Source: an uncultured Erythrobacter sp. (lineage in GTDB: Bacteria; Pseudomonadota; Alphaproteobacteria; Sphingomonadales; Sphingomonadaceae). From it: 64,000 bases of DNA. The position numbers were made by a program, and so were the translations under genes. The notes beneath the pieces are model-generated. The model did no database searches. It saw only the letters and a program-made list of their open reading frames with translations, and was not told the DNA's origin. Location: contig CANMTU010000001.1 of assembly GCA_947501005.1 (NCBI GenBank), positions 2,719,407 to 2,783,406 on the forward strand. The letters run 5' to 3'. Positions 20,569 to 29,864 of the stretch are shown in pieces. Positions within the stretch are counted from its first letter, which is position 1. Each line of letters starts with the position of its first letter.

Positions 20569-22131
20569 ATGACCTCCAACCGCCGCACCTTCGCGATCAT
20601 CTCGCACCCCGACGCGGGCAAGACCACGCTCACCGAAAAGCTGCTGCTGCGCGGGGGTGCGATCCACCTCGCTGGCGAAGTCAAGGCGCGGGGGCAGGCG
20701 CGGCGGGCGCGCAGCGACTGGATGAAGATCGAGCAGCAGCGCGGCATCTCGGTCACCTCCAGCGTGATGACGTTCGAGCGGGACGGCATTACCTTCAACC
20801 TGCTCGATACGCCGGGACACGAGGATTTCTCTGAAGACACCTACCGCACGCTGACCGCGGTCGATTCGGCGATCATGGTGCTCGACGCGGCGGCGGGGAT
20901 CGAGGCGCAGACGCTGAAGCTGTTCGAGGTCTGCCGCCTGCGCAGCGTGCCGATCATCACTCTCATCAACAAGATCGACCGCGAGGGGCGCGATCCGTTC
21001 GAACTGCTCGACGAGATCGCGGAAAAGCTCGCGCTCGACACTGCGCCGATGAGCTGGCCGGTCGGCATGGGCGGCCTGTTCGAAGGGGTCTACGATTTCG
21101 AGGAGGACGAACTGTATCTCCCCGAAGGCGATGCGAAGGAGTTTCGCGGCAAGACGGTGAAGGTGGAAGGGCCGCAGGACCCGAAGCTGGCCGAGCACCT
21201 GTCCGCCGACGGGATCGAGCGGATCGCGGAAAACGGCTTGCTGGCGCGCGAAGCCTATGCCGATTTCGATTACGAGGCTTACCGCAACGGCGATCTCACC
21301 CCGGTCTATTTCGGCAGCGCGCTGAAGGAATTCGGGGTCGAGACGATCATCGATGCTATCGCGAAATACGCGCCCCCGCCGCGCCCCCAGCCCGCCGAGG
21401 ACGGCGAGATCGCGCCGACCCGCGACGAGGTGACCGGCTTCATTTTCAAGGTGCAGGCCAATATGGACCCCAATCACCGCGACCGCATCGCCTTCATGCG
21501 GCAGGTTTCGGGGACGTTCAAACGCGGGATGAAGCTGACGCCGAGCGGGCTGGGCAAACCGATCGCGGTGCATTCGCCGATCCTGTTCTTCGCGCAGGAC
21601 CGCGAGATCGCCGACACCGCCCTGCCCGGCGACATCATCGGCATCCCCAATCACGGCACGTTGCGCGTGGGCGATACGCTGAGCGAGAAGAACGAGGTGC
21701 GCTTTACCGGCCTGCCCAATTTCGCGCCGGAAATCCTGCGCCGGGTGCAGCTGATGGATCCGACCAAGACCAAGCAATTGCGCAAGGCGCTCGATGATTT
21801 GAGCGAAGAAGGCGTGATTCAGGTGTTCTATCCCGAGATCGGCGCGCAGCACATCGTCGGCGTGGTCGGGCAGTTGCAATTGGAAGTGCTGGTCTCGCGC
21901 CTGGCGGCGGAATACAAGGTTGAGGCGGCGCTCGAACCCTCGCCCTTCGCCACCGCGCGCTGGCTAAAGGGCGATGCCAAGGCGCTGGACCAGTTCGAAA
22001 GCTTCAACCGCGCCAACCTCGCGCGCGACCGCGACGGCGACCTGGTGTTCATGGCGAAAAGCCCATGGGACGTCAGCTACCAGCAGGAAAAGAACCCGGA
22101 GCTGACCTTCTCGGCCACCAAGGAACGCTGA
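20569..22131 (+). CDS. prfC: Peptide chain release factor 3
   Basis: RRTFAIISHPDAGKTT, SDWMKIEQQRGIS, DTPGHEDFSEDTYR. Confidence 0.97.
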   Translation: MTSNRRTFAIISHPDAGKTTLTEKLLLRGGAIHLAGEVKARGQARRARSDWMKIEQQRGISVTSSVMTFERDGITFNLLDTPGHEDFSEDTYRTLTAVDSAIMVLDAAAGIEAQTLKLFEVCRLRSVPIITLINKIDREGRDPFELLDEIAEKLALDTAPMSWPVGMGGLFEGVYDFEEDELYLPEGDAKEFRGKTVKVEGPQDPKLAEHLSADGIERIAENGLLAREAYADFDYEAYRNGDLTPVYFGSALKEFGVETIIDAIAKYAPPPRPQPAEDGEIAPTRDEVTGFIFKVQANMDPNHRDRIAFMRQVSGTFKRGMKLTPSGLGKPIAVHSPILFFAQDREIADTALPGDIIGIPNHGTLRVGDTLSEKNEVRFTGLPNFAPEILRRVQLMDPTKTKQLRKALDDLSEEGVIQVFYPEIGAQHIVGVVGQLQLEVLVSRLAAEYKVEAALEPSPFATARWLKGDAKALDQFESFNRANLARDRDGDLVFMAKSPWDVSYQQEKNPELTFSATKER

Positions 22132-22193
22132 GCCTGTCAGAGGTATCTTAACCGGCAGTCCTTATCAGCGGTCTTCTGTTCCGGAGAAGTGCC

Positions 22194-22673
22194 GTGCGTC
22201 TACCTTTCGCAGTGATGATCATCGGATCCGCAATGCTTTCTGGCTGCGGCGTCGCCCGATCGATGGATACCGACTATGGCACGATGAACATGACCGGCGG
22301 CTTCAGCGAAAAAGAGGTCGAACCCGGCGTCTGGCGCGTGATCGGCCGCTCCAACGGGGTCGTGCGGCGCGGCTTCGGAAGAGACATGGCGGTCTATCGG
22401 GCAGCGGAGATCATGCGGCAGAAAGGCTTCAGCACCTTCCACGTCCTCGATCAGAAGGGCGAGGCGAAAACGGTGCGTATCAACGGAGGCTCGCCGCATT
22501 CGGCCGGTGAATATTTCAAGATCTGGATCGTGGGAGACGATGGCGGCGGCCGACCTGCATGCCGCTCCGAAGAGCCGGGTCACTGCATGACGCTGAACGT
22601 GGGGCAGATCATGGCCTTGCTGGGCCGGGAGCTGGACGTCGATCCGGCCATGGCGGTCCGCCCCGTCGGGTAG
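22194..22673 (+). CDS. Hypothetical lipoprotein (CC0125/CC1285-like)
   Basis: Lipobox LSGC; GGFSEKEV..WRV..YRAAEI pattern resembling this family. Confidence 0.55.
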   Translation: MRLPFAVMIIGSAMLSGCGVARSMDTDYGTMNMTGGFSEKEVEPGVWRVIGRSNGVVRRGFGRDMAVYRAAEIMRQKGFSTFHVLDQKGEAKTVRINGGSPHSAGEYFKIWIVGDDGGGRPACRSEEPGHCMTLNVGQIMALLGRELDVDPAMAVRPVG

Positions 22674-22724
22674 GGCAGGCTTTACGGCTTGTCGGCGCTA
22701 ATGTCGCGCGGCATTGACACAGGC

Positions 22725-23606
22725 ATGCTCAACGGACCGACATCGCAGACCTTCATCTCGCAGCGCCTTCGCCTGAACTACCTCGATTGGGGCAAGCGGG
22801 ACGCTACCGGTAACGAGAAGCCGCCACTCGTCCTCGTGCATGGCGGCCGCGATCATGCGCGAAGCTGGGACTGGGTGGCGAAGAGCCTGTGCGAGGACTG
22901 GCACGTCACTGCCTTCGATCATCGCGGCCATGGCGACAGCGACTGGGTGAACGATGGCAATTACCTCGCCTCCGACATGGTCTACGACCTTGCGCAGTTC
23001 GTGCACCAGCTGGACCGGGGGCCGGTCACCATCGTCAGCCATTCGATGGGCGGAAACGTTGCCCTGCGCTATGCCGGGACCTGCCCCGACATGGTGCGCA
23101 AGCTCGTCGCGATCGAAGGGTTGGGGCCGAGCCCGAAACGCCGGGCCGAACTGCGCGAAACCCCCTATCCCGAGCGCATGGCGCAGTGGATCGAGAAGAA
23201 GCGCAGCGCGTCGGGCCGCAGCCCGCGCAAATACGAAAGCATCGAGGCCGCCTTCCGCCGGATGATCGAGGAGAACAGCTACCTCACCGAGGCGCAGGCG
23301 CGGCATCTCACCGTCCACGGCGTCAACAAGAACGAGGACGGTACCTATAGCTGGAAGTTCGATCCGCATCTGAACGTCTGGTCGGTGGAGGACGTGGCCG
23401 ACGAGTTCCTGTGCCAGACCTGGGCCGCGATCACTGCGCCGACCCTGCTGCTCTACGGCGCCGACAGCTGGGCTTCGAACCCGGAAGGCGACGGGCGGCT
23501 CGAGAATTTTTCGACCGCCAGGGTCATCGAGTTCGAGAATGCGGGCCATTGGCTGCACCACGACCAGTTCGACCGGTTCATGGAGACGTTGCGCGAATTT
23601 CTCTGA
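22725..23606 (+). CDS. Alpha/beta fold hydrolase
   Basis: LVHGG, SHSMGG nucleophile elbow, C-terminal GHWLHHDQ. Confidence 0.9.
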   Translation: MLNGPTSQTFISQRLRLNYLDWGKRDATGNEKPPLVLVHGGRDHARSWDWVAKSLCEDWHVTAFDHRGHGDSDWVNDGNYLASDMVYDLAQFVHQLDRGPVTIVSHSMGGNVALRYAGTCPDMVRKLVAIEGLGPSPKRRAELRETPYPERMAQWIEKKRSASGRSPRKYESIEAAFRRMIEENSYLTEAQARHLTVHGVNKNEDGTYSWKFDPHLNVWSVEDVADEFLCQTWAAITAPTLLLYGADSWASNPEGDGRLENFSTARVIEFENAGHWLHHDQFDRFMETLREFL

Positions 23607-23649
23607 CGTGGGCCGAAACATTGCGGGCGGCTCGCGCATTGAACGCTGC

Positions 23650-24366
23650 GTGCGTCTCAGATTCGCCAGCTACAACATTCACAAGTCGGTCGGGATGGAC
23701 CGGCGCCGCGATCCGGAACGGATCATGGCGGTGCTGCACGAGATCGATGCGGACGTCATCGCCCTGCAGGAGGTCGACCGGCGGATCGGCGCGCGCGAGA
23801 CGACCTTGCCCCGCAAGCAGATCGACGACAGCCCGTGGCGATTGGTGCAGGTCGCCAGACGTCCGCGCAGCATCGGCTGGCATGGCAATGCGCTCCTCGT
23901 GCGGCGCGGCTACGACGTCCACGAAGGCGAGCCGCTCGACCTGCCGACGCTGGAGCCACGCGGGGCGGCCTGCGGCGAGATCACGATCGCGGGGACGCGC
24001 CTGCGCGTCATCGGCACCCATCTCGATCTTTCGGGCCTGCGGCGGCGCGACCAGATCCGCTCGCTGATCGCGGTGGTCGATGCCTGCCGCCGCGACCTGC
24101 CGACCGTGCTGATGGGCGATTTCAACCAATGGGGCCGGGCGACCGGGGCAATGCGCGAGTTTGCCCGGGGCTGGCAGGTCATCACGCCCGGCAGGAGCTA
24201 TCCCAGCCGCCAGCCGATCGCCAGCCTCGACCGGATCTGCACCACCCCCCATTGGGAATGCATCGACCATGCGGTCCATCACACCGCTCTGTCCGCCGTT
24301 GCGAGCGACCATCTGCCCATCGTAGCGACCCTCACGCTGCGCAAAAGCGCGGCGCCTGCCCAATAA
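23650..24366 (+). CDS. Endonuclease/exonuclease/phosphatase family protein
   Basis: SYNIHK, IALQE, GDFN, SDHLP. Confidence 0.9.
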   Translation: MRLRFASYNIHKSVGMDRRRDPERIMAVLHEIDADVIALQEVDRRIGARETTLPRKQIDDSPWRLVQVARRPRSIGWHGNALLVRRGYDVHEGEPLDLPTLEPRGAACGEITIAGTRLRVIGTHLDLSGLRRRDQIRSLIAVVDACRRDLPTVLMGDFNQWGRATGAMREFARGWQVITPGRSYPSRQPIASLDRICTTPHWECIDHAVHHTALSAVASDHLPIVATLTLRKSAAPAQ

Positions 24367-24373
24367 TTAGGCA
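24357..24373. promoter_or_regulatory. Putative NtrC-binding site
   Basis: TGCCC-AATAATT-AGGCA 17-bp dyad upstream of a sigma54 promoter driving glnK-amtB. Confidence 0.5.
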
Positions 24374-24426
24374 TACCTCGCGGTTCGAACCGCGCGAGGG
24401 CGCTCGGTAACCCTTTCGTAACATTC

Positions 24427-24442
24427 TGGCACGGCTTTTGCT
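24427..24442 (+). promoter_or_regulatory. Sigma54 (-24/-12) promoter of glnK-amtB
   Basis: TGGCAC-GGCTT-TTGCT, exact match to TGGCAC-N5-TTGCW. Confidence 0.85.
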
Positions 24443-24493
24443 GCACTAGCGAAAGGCCGGGGAACCGGCGCGTGCAACAAGGGGGGTTCAGCC

Positions 24494-24832
24494 GTGAAAT
24501 TCATCATCGCTGTCATCAAGCCATTCAAACTCGACGAGGTGCGCGAGGCACTCGGCGCGATCGGCGTGGCGGGCATGACCGTAACCGAGGTCAAGGGCTT
24601 CGGCCGCCAGAAGGGGCAGACCGAAATCTATCGCGGGGCCGAATACTCCACCAACATGCTGCCCAAGGTGAAGCTGGAAATCGCGACGAGCGACGATCTG
24701 GCAATGCAAGTGGTGGAAACCATTCAGCAAGTCGCCAGCACCGCCGCCATCGGTGACGGCAAGATCTTCGTTTTTGACCTCGCGGGCGCGACCCGCATCC
24801 GCACCGGCGAAACCGGCGACACCGCGCTGTGA
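24494..24832 (+). CDS. glnK: P-II nitrogen regulator
   Basis: IKPFKLDEV, GFGRQKGQTEIYRGAEY, GDGKIF. Confidence 0.96.
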   Translation: MKFIIAVIKPFKLDEVREALGAIGVAGMTVTEVKGFGRQKGQTEIYRGAEYSTNMLPKVKLEIATSDDLAMQVVETIQQVASTAAIGDGKIFVFDLAGATRIRTGETGDTAL

Positions 24833-24849
24833 GCGGCAAGGAGGGAATC

Positions 24850-26220
24850 ATGACACCACGTACCATCTGCTCCGGCACCGCGGCGCTGGGCGCGTCCTTC
24901 GCCGCCGCGACCGCCGCGGTCGCGCAGGAGGCCGCCGCGGTCGCGGCCGAAACCGGATCGCCGATCGCCGGGGCGACCGCCGAAACCGCCGCCGCACTTG
25001 CCAATCCCGGCAACAATGCCTGGATGATGACCTCGACCATTCTGGTGCTGCTGATGATCCTGCCGGGTCTGGCGTTGTTCTATGGCGGGCTCACCCGTTC
25101 CAGGAACATGCTTTCGACCCTTACCCAGGTCGGCGCGACAGCTGCACTGGCCATGCTGGTTTGGGTGATGTGGGGCTATTCCACCGCCTTCGGGCCGGAG
25201 GGCAACAGCTTCTTCAGCTGGGGCAATCTCTTCCTGACCGGCACCACGGCCGACAGCACGGCGGCGACGTTCAGCGACGAGGTCATCAGCGAATACGTCT
25301 TCATCAGCTTCCAGATGACCTTCGCCGCCATCACCGCCGCGCTGATCCTGGGCGCCACGGCGGAGCGGATGAAGTTCACCGCCGTGATGGTGTTCGTACC
25401 GATCTGGCTGACGCTGGTCTATTTCCCGATCGCGCACATGGTGTGGTGGGACGGCGGGCTGCTGTTCGATGCGGGCGCCCTCGATTTTGCCGGCGGCACG
25501 GTGGTGCACATCAATGCCGGCGTATCCGGACTGGTGCTCGCGCTGATGCTCGGCAAGCGGCGCGGCTATCCGGCCGAACCGATGCCACCGCACAGCCTGG
25601 TGATGACCATGATCGGCACCGGGTTGCTGTGGGTGGGCTGGTTCGGCTTCAACGCCGGGTCGGAACTCGAGGCGGACGGTGTCGCCGGTCTCGCGATGAT
25701 CAACACCTTCGTCGCCACGGCGGCGGGTGCGTTGGCGTGGATGGTGCTGGAGCGGGTGGCGGGCCACAAGGGCAGCGCGCTGGGCTTCTGCTCGGGCGTG
25801 ATCGCCGGCCTCGTCGCGGTGACGCCGGCGGCGGGCAATAGCGGGCCGTTCGGGGCGATCCTGCTCGGCATCGTCGCCTCGGTGGTCTGCTACTTCATGG
25901 TCGCCAAGGTGAAGGCGAAGTTCGGCTACGACGACAGCCTCGATGCGTTCGGCATCCATGGCGTTGGCGGCATCGTCGGCGCGTTGGGCACCGCGATCGT
26001 CTACCAGCCATGGCTCGGCGGCCCGGGCGACGGTTCGACCGGAACGCTCGCCCAGTTCATCATCCAGGGCGAGGGCGTGATCGTCACCATCATCTGGGCC
26101 GCGATCGGCACGGGGGTCGCCGGTTTCATCGCCAAGCTCGTCACCGGCCTGCGCGTCACCGAAGAGGAAGAGGTTAACGGCCTCGACATCTCCGAACATG
26201 GGGAGCGCGCCTACAACTGA
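24850..26220 (+). CDS. amtB: Ammonium transporter
   Basis: FQMTFAAIT, DFAGGTVVHINAG, GWFGFNAGS, DDSLDAFGIHG. Confidence 0.97.
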   Translation: MTPRTICSGTAALGASFAAATAAVAQEAAAVAAETGSPIAGATAETAAALANPGNNAWMMTSTILVLLMILPGLALFYGGLTRSRNMLSTLTQVGATAALAMLVWVMWGYSTAFGPEGNSFFSWGNLFLTGTTADSTAATFSDEVISEYVFISFQMTFAAITAALILGATAERMKFTAVMVFVPIWLTLVYFPIAHMVWWDGGLLFDAGALDFAGGTVVHINAGVSGLVLALMLGKRRGYPAEPMPPHSLVMTMIGTGLLWVGWFGFNAGSELEADGVAGLAMINTFVATAAGALAWMVLERVAGHKGSALGFCSGVIAGLVAVTPAAGNSGPFGAILLGIVASVVCYFMVAKVKAKFGYDDSLDAFGIHGVGGIVGALGTAIVYQPWLGGPGDGSTGTLAQFIIQGEGVIVTIIWAAIGTGVAGFIAKLVTGLRVTEEEEVNGLDISEHGERAYN

Positions 26221-26337
26221 ACCAGTTCGGCGGCGGCGCCTCTCTCTCCTCTCCCGGTGCCGCCGCCACCCCGTGTTCCTCCTGCGAACACCGCCTTTGA
26301 CGGGCCGGAGCCAGTGCGCTTCGGCCCCTTTTTTTAC
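26221..26337 (+). ncRNA. Candidate amtB 3'UTR-derived sRNA with two CU-rich loop hairpins
   Basis: 12-bp stem with loop TCTCTCTCCTCTCCC, 6-bp stem with loop CTCCTGC, then a terminator. Confidence 0.4.
26302..26335 (+). terminator. Intrinsic terminator downstream of amtB
   Basis: GGGCCGGA...TTCGGCCC stem followed by a T tract. Confidence 0.65.
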
Positions 26338-26612
26338 AGGATGACCCAACCGGCCAGCGCCGCCCCCGCAAGCCAGAGGGCGATGACGAAGATCGCCGCG
26401 CCGCGCGATGTCGGACGCTTGGCCAGCCGACCGGCCAGCGCACGGTATTCCGCCATCAGTTCGGCCGGGATGAGCCGCAATGCAAGCCACAGGCCGAACG
26501 GCACGATCACCAGATCGTCGAGCAGCCCGAGCACCGGGATGACGTCCGGAATGAGGTCGATCGGACTGAACGCATAGGCCGCCGTACCGAAGGCGATCGC
26601 CCGCGCGGCCAA
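26334..26612 (-). CDS. YkvA / DUF1232 family membrane protein (start uncertain)
   Basis: YAFSPIDLIPDVIPVLGLLDDL motif; the reading frame stays protein-like upstream to about 26702. Confidence 0.8.
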   Translation of the reverse strand: MAARAIAFGTAAYAFSPIDLIPDVIPVLGLLDDLVIVPFGLWLALRLIPAELMAEYRALAGRLAKRPTSRGAAIFVIALWLAGAALAGWVIL

Positions 26613-26694
26613 CGGCGTGCGCCGGTCACGCGCCGCGATCCACAGCGCGAGCGCGTCGCGCCGGAGCCGCCCCGCCCAGGCGCGCAGACCGGTT

Positions 26695-28281
26695 TCAGGC
26701 AGCGAGTTCCGCCTTCACGAACTCGGCGCAGCGTTCGCCGATCATGATCGCGGGCGCATTGGTGTTGCCCGATATCAGGCGCGGCATCACGCTGGCATCG
26801 GCGACCCACAGCCCCGCGACCTCGCGCGACTTGAGGCGGGGGTCGACCACCGCCGCATCGTCCGCCCCCATGCGGCACGTGCCGACCGGGTGATAGACGG
26901 TGTCGGCGCGGCTGCGGATCAGCTTGTCGAGCTGGGCATCGTCGTCGAGATCAATGGGATAGCGGTCCTGCGGATCGTATTTCGCCAGCGACGGCGACGC
27001 GGCGATCCGGTGCGAAAGGCGCACCCCCTTGCGCAGCACCGCCATGTCGCGGTCGTCCGCCAGAAAGTTGGGATCGATACGCGGGGCATGGCTCGCATCG
27101 CGGCTGTCAAGCCGCACCGTGCCCCGGCTTGCGGGACGCAGCACGCAGGCGTGAAGCGAGAAGCCGTGGCCCGAAACCTTCGTCCGCCCGTGATCTTCCA
27201 GCATGGCGGGGACGAAATGCCATTGCACATCGGGCGCCGGCGCATCGTCCATCACCGTCCAGAAGCCGCCCGCCTCAGCATAGGGCGTGGTCATCACGCC
27301 GGTCTTGCTGCGCCGGTGTTTGAGCATCCCCTTCACCATGCGCAGCGTCCCGGTAAGCGAATTGCCGATGAGGTCCTTGCTCTGCGTCTTCCAGCTCGAC
27401 ACGTAATCGATATGGTCCTGCAGGTCGGAGCCGACGGCGGGCTTGTCGGCCAGCACCGCGATCCCGTGATCCTGCAAGTGGGCAGCCGGCCCGATGCCCG
27501 ACAGCATCAGGATCTGCGGCGAGTTGAACGCGCCGGCGGACAGGACCACCCCGCCGCGCGCCGTCACCGTGCGGCTGCGATCTTCGGCGGAATAAGTCAC
27601 GCCGGTCGCGCGGCCGTTCTCGATCACGATGCGCTGCACGGTCACGCCGATGCGCACGTCGAGATAGCGGGATTTGCGCAGCGGCTCGACATAGGCGCGC
27701 GAGGCGGACCAGCGCTCGCCATCCTTCTGCGTGACCTGGTAGATGCCGAAACCGTCCTGGCGGTCGTCGTTGAAATCCGCGTTGCGTGGCAATTGCAGCT
27801 GGGCGGCAGCCTCGACGAAGGCGTAGCTGGCGGGGTTGAGGTATTTCTGGTCCGATACCCACAGCGGGCCGTCGCCGCCGTGATAGGCATCGGCGCCGCG
27901 CACATTGCGTTCGGATTTTCGGAAATAGGGCAGCACGTCGTCATACGCCCAGCCATCGCAGCCGAGCGCGGCCCAATTGTCGTAATCCCACCGGTTGCCG
28001 CGGATATAGATCATCGCGTTGATCGCCGACGATCCGCCCAGCCCCTTGCCGCGCGGCTGATAGCCCGGACGCCCGTTCAGGCCCTTCTGCGGGACCGTTT
28101 CGTACATGTAGTTCGAAGCGGGGTTGGGAACGGCCAGCATACCCGGCATCGTCACCTTGACCCCGGCATTGCGCCCGCCCGCCTCCAGCAGGCAAACGCT
28201 CTTGCCTGCCTGCGCCAGCCGCCCGGCAACCGCGCTGCCGGCACTGCCGCCGCCGATCACGATGATATCGAATTCATCCAT
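26695..28281 (-). CDS. GMC family oxidoreductase (choline dehydrogenase-like)
   Basis: IGGGSAG, RGKGLGGSSAINAMIYIRG, YHPVGTC, GNTNAP. Confidence 0.93.
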   Translation of the reverse strand: MDEFDIIVIGGGSAGSAVAGRLAQAGKSVCLLEAGGRNAGVKVTMPGMLAVPNPASNYMYETVPQKGLNGRPGYQPRGKGLGGSSAINAMIYIRGNRWDYDNWAALGCDGWAYDDVLPYFRKSERNVRGADAYHGGDGPLWVSDQKYLNPASYAFVEAAAQLQLPRNADFNDDRQDGFGIYQVTQKDGERWSASRAYVEPLRKSRYLDVRIGVTVQRIVIENGRATGVTYSAEDRSRTVTARGGVVLSAGAFNSPQILMLSGIGPAAHLQDHGIAVLADKPAVGSDLQDHIDYVSSWKTQSKDLIGNSLTGTLRMVKGMLKHRRSKTGVMTTPYAEAGGFWTVMDDAPAPDVQWHFVPAMLEDHGRTKVSGHGFSLHACVLRPASRGTVRLDSRDASHAPRIDPNFLADDRDMAVLRKGVRLSHRIAASPSLAKYDPQDRYPIDLDDDAQLDKLIRSRADTVYHPVGTCRMGADDAAVVDPRLKSREVAGLWVADASVMPRLISGNTNAPAIMIGERCAEFVKAELAA

Positions 28282-28356
28282 CTCCGCCTCTCCCGTTTTT
28301 TTGGGGAGGTTAGGAGGGGGCCGGCTGCCCGGCAACAAGGTTGTGCGGCGGAAGGC

Positions 28357-28794
28357 TCAGGATCGTTCGGCGGCCAGGGCGTCGATCGCCGGGCGCACCG
28401 GGCCGATGTCGTATCCGGCCTGTGCCGCCGCCGTCGCTATGGCTTCGGGGCTCTCGCCGCGCTTCGCCTGCGCCAAGGCCCACAGCAGGGTCGAACGGGT
28501 GCCGGAGCGGCAGTAGGCGAGCACCTTGCCCTCCGCCCCGTCCAGCGCATCAACCATCGCATCGACCTGCGCGATGCTGAAGCCGGCATGGGTGATCGGG
28601 ATGTGGACATAGCGCAGCCCGAGCGCCTCTGCCGCCTGCGCCATCGTGGCCGATTCCGGCTGATCGGGCGATTCGCCATCGGGCCGGTTGTTCACGAGGC
28701 AGGTGACCCCTTCGCCCCTGGCGGCGGCAAGGTCCTCCACCGCGATCTGGGGACTGGCGAGGACCGTATCGGACAGGACACGAAAATCGCTCAT
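28357..28794 (-). CDS. TIGR01244/DUF442 sulfur transferase-like protein
   Basis: NNRPDGE and YCRSGTRS active-site loop. Confidence 0.85.
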   Translation of the reverse strand: MSDFRVLSDTVLASPQIAVEDLAAARGEGVTCLVNNRPDGESPDQPESATMAQAAEALGLRYVHIPITHAGFSIAQVDAMVDALDGAEGKVLAYCRSGTRSTLLWALAQAKRGESPEAIATAAAQAGYDIGPVRPAIDALAAERS

Positions 28795-29609
28795 ACTAGC
28801 CCTTCCCCGCTGGTGGTCGCGGACGGGCGCGGATGCTTGTTGCGCTGGACCATGTTGAGCATCTCGACGCCGACCGAAAAGCCCATCGCGACGTAGATGT
28901 ACCCCTTGGGCACATGGAAGCCGAAGCCGTCCGCGATCAGGACGAGGCCGATCATCACCAGGAAGGCCAGCGCCAGCATCACCAGCGTCGGGTTCTTCTC
29001 GATGAAGCGGGCCAGCGGATCGGCGGCGACCATCATGATGCCGACCGTGATGACCACGGCGGCGACCATGATCGGGATCTCGTCGGTCATGCCCACCGCG
29101 GTGAGGATCGAATCGACCGAGAAGACGAGATCGATCGCCACGATCTGCGCGATGACGGCGCCGAAACTGGCCTTGGCCACTGCACCCGCACCCGGCGTCT
29201 TGTCGAGCAGGTCGCCGGTATTGTCCGCCGGCTCCATCGAATGGTGAATTTCCTTGGTCGCCTTCCACAGCAGGAACAGCCCGCCGCAGAGCAGGATGAG
29301 ATCGCGGCCCGAGAACGCCGTCTCGAAGCTCGCCTTGCCGTATTCGTTCGGCGCGCCGCGCAGGCCGAGATCGAACAGGGGCTGCTGCAGGGTGACGATC
29401 CAGCCGATCAGCATCAGCAAGCCGATGCGCATGATCAGGGCCAGCGAAAGCCCGATCCGCCGCGCTTTCTGCTGGTGCTGTTCGGGCAGCTTGTTCGACA
29501 GGATCGCGATGAAGATGAGATTGTCGACGCCCAGAACCACCTCGAGCGCGATCAGGGTCAACAATGCCAGCCAGGCGGACGGATCGCTGAGAAGGGGGAT
29601 GATATCCAT
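28791..29609 (-). CDS. TerC family membrane protein
   Basis: LEVVLGVDNLIFIAI, DLVFSVDSILTAVG, GYIYVAMGFS. Confidence 0.93.
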   Translation of the reverse strand: MDIIPLLSDPSAWLALLTLIALEVVLGVDNLIFIAILSNKLPEQHQQKARRIGLSLALIMRIGLLMLIGWIVTLQQPLFDLGLRGAPNEYGKASFETAFSGRDLILLCGGLFLLWKATKEIHHSMEPADNTGDLLDKTPGAGAVAKASFGAVIAQIVAIDLVFSVDSILTAVGMTDEIPIMVAAVVITVGIMMVAADPLARFIEKNPTLVMLALAFLVMIGLVLIADGFGFHVPKGYIYVAMGFSVGVEMLNMVQRNKHPRPSATTSGEGLV

Positions 29610-29864
29610 GCCGCTGCGATGCCTAATCGCAGGCCCATATTCAAGATGGAGAAAGCATGTCAGGCGCCGCGCCGGACAGATAATCACGCGCAATTTGCGA
29701 AGCGGACACTAAAACGTTCGCGTAATCGGGTGTTTGGCGTTATGCCTGTCGCTGAAAATGGGCGGGCCGCGTGTTTTGCAGGCGCCTGTTCGCACCTGAC
29801 GCGCCATGCAGCTCGTGCATCAGGTCTGGGGTAGCGGGCTGCGCGACAAGGTACGATTCGAGTT

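Noticed and set aside
24379-24394. tRNA-like GGTTCGAA
   Set aside because: Part of a 16-bp perfect palindrome with no cloverleaf; more likely a simple hairpin.
29610-29760. yybP-ykoY riboswitch upstream of terC
   Set aside because: No GGGGAGUAGC-type core on the minus strand; only a 7-bp hairpin next to the start.
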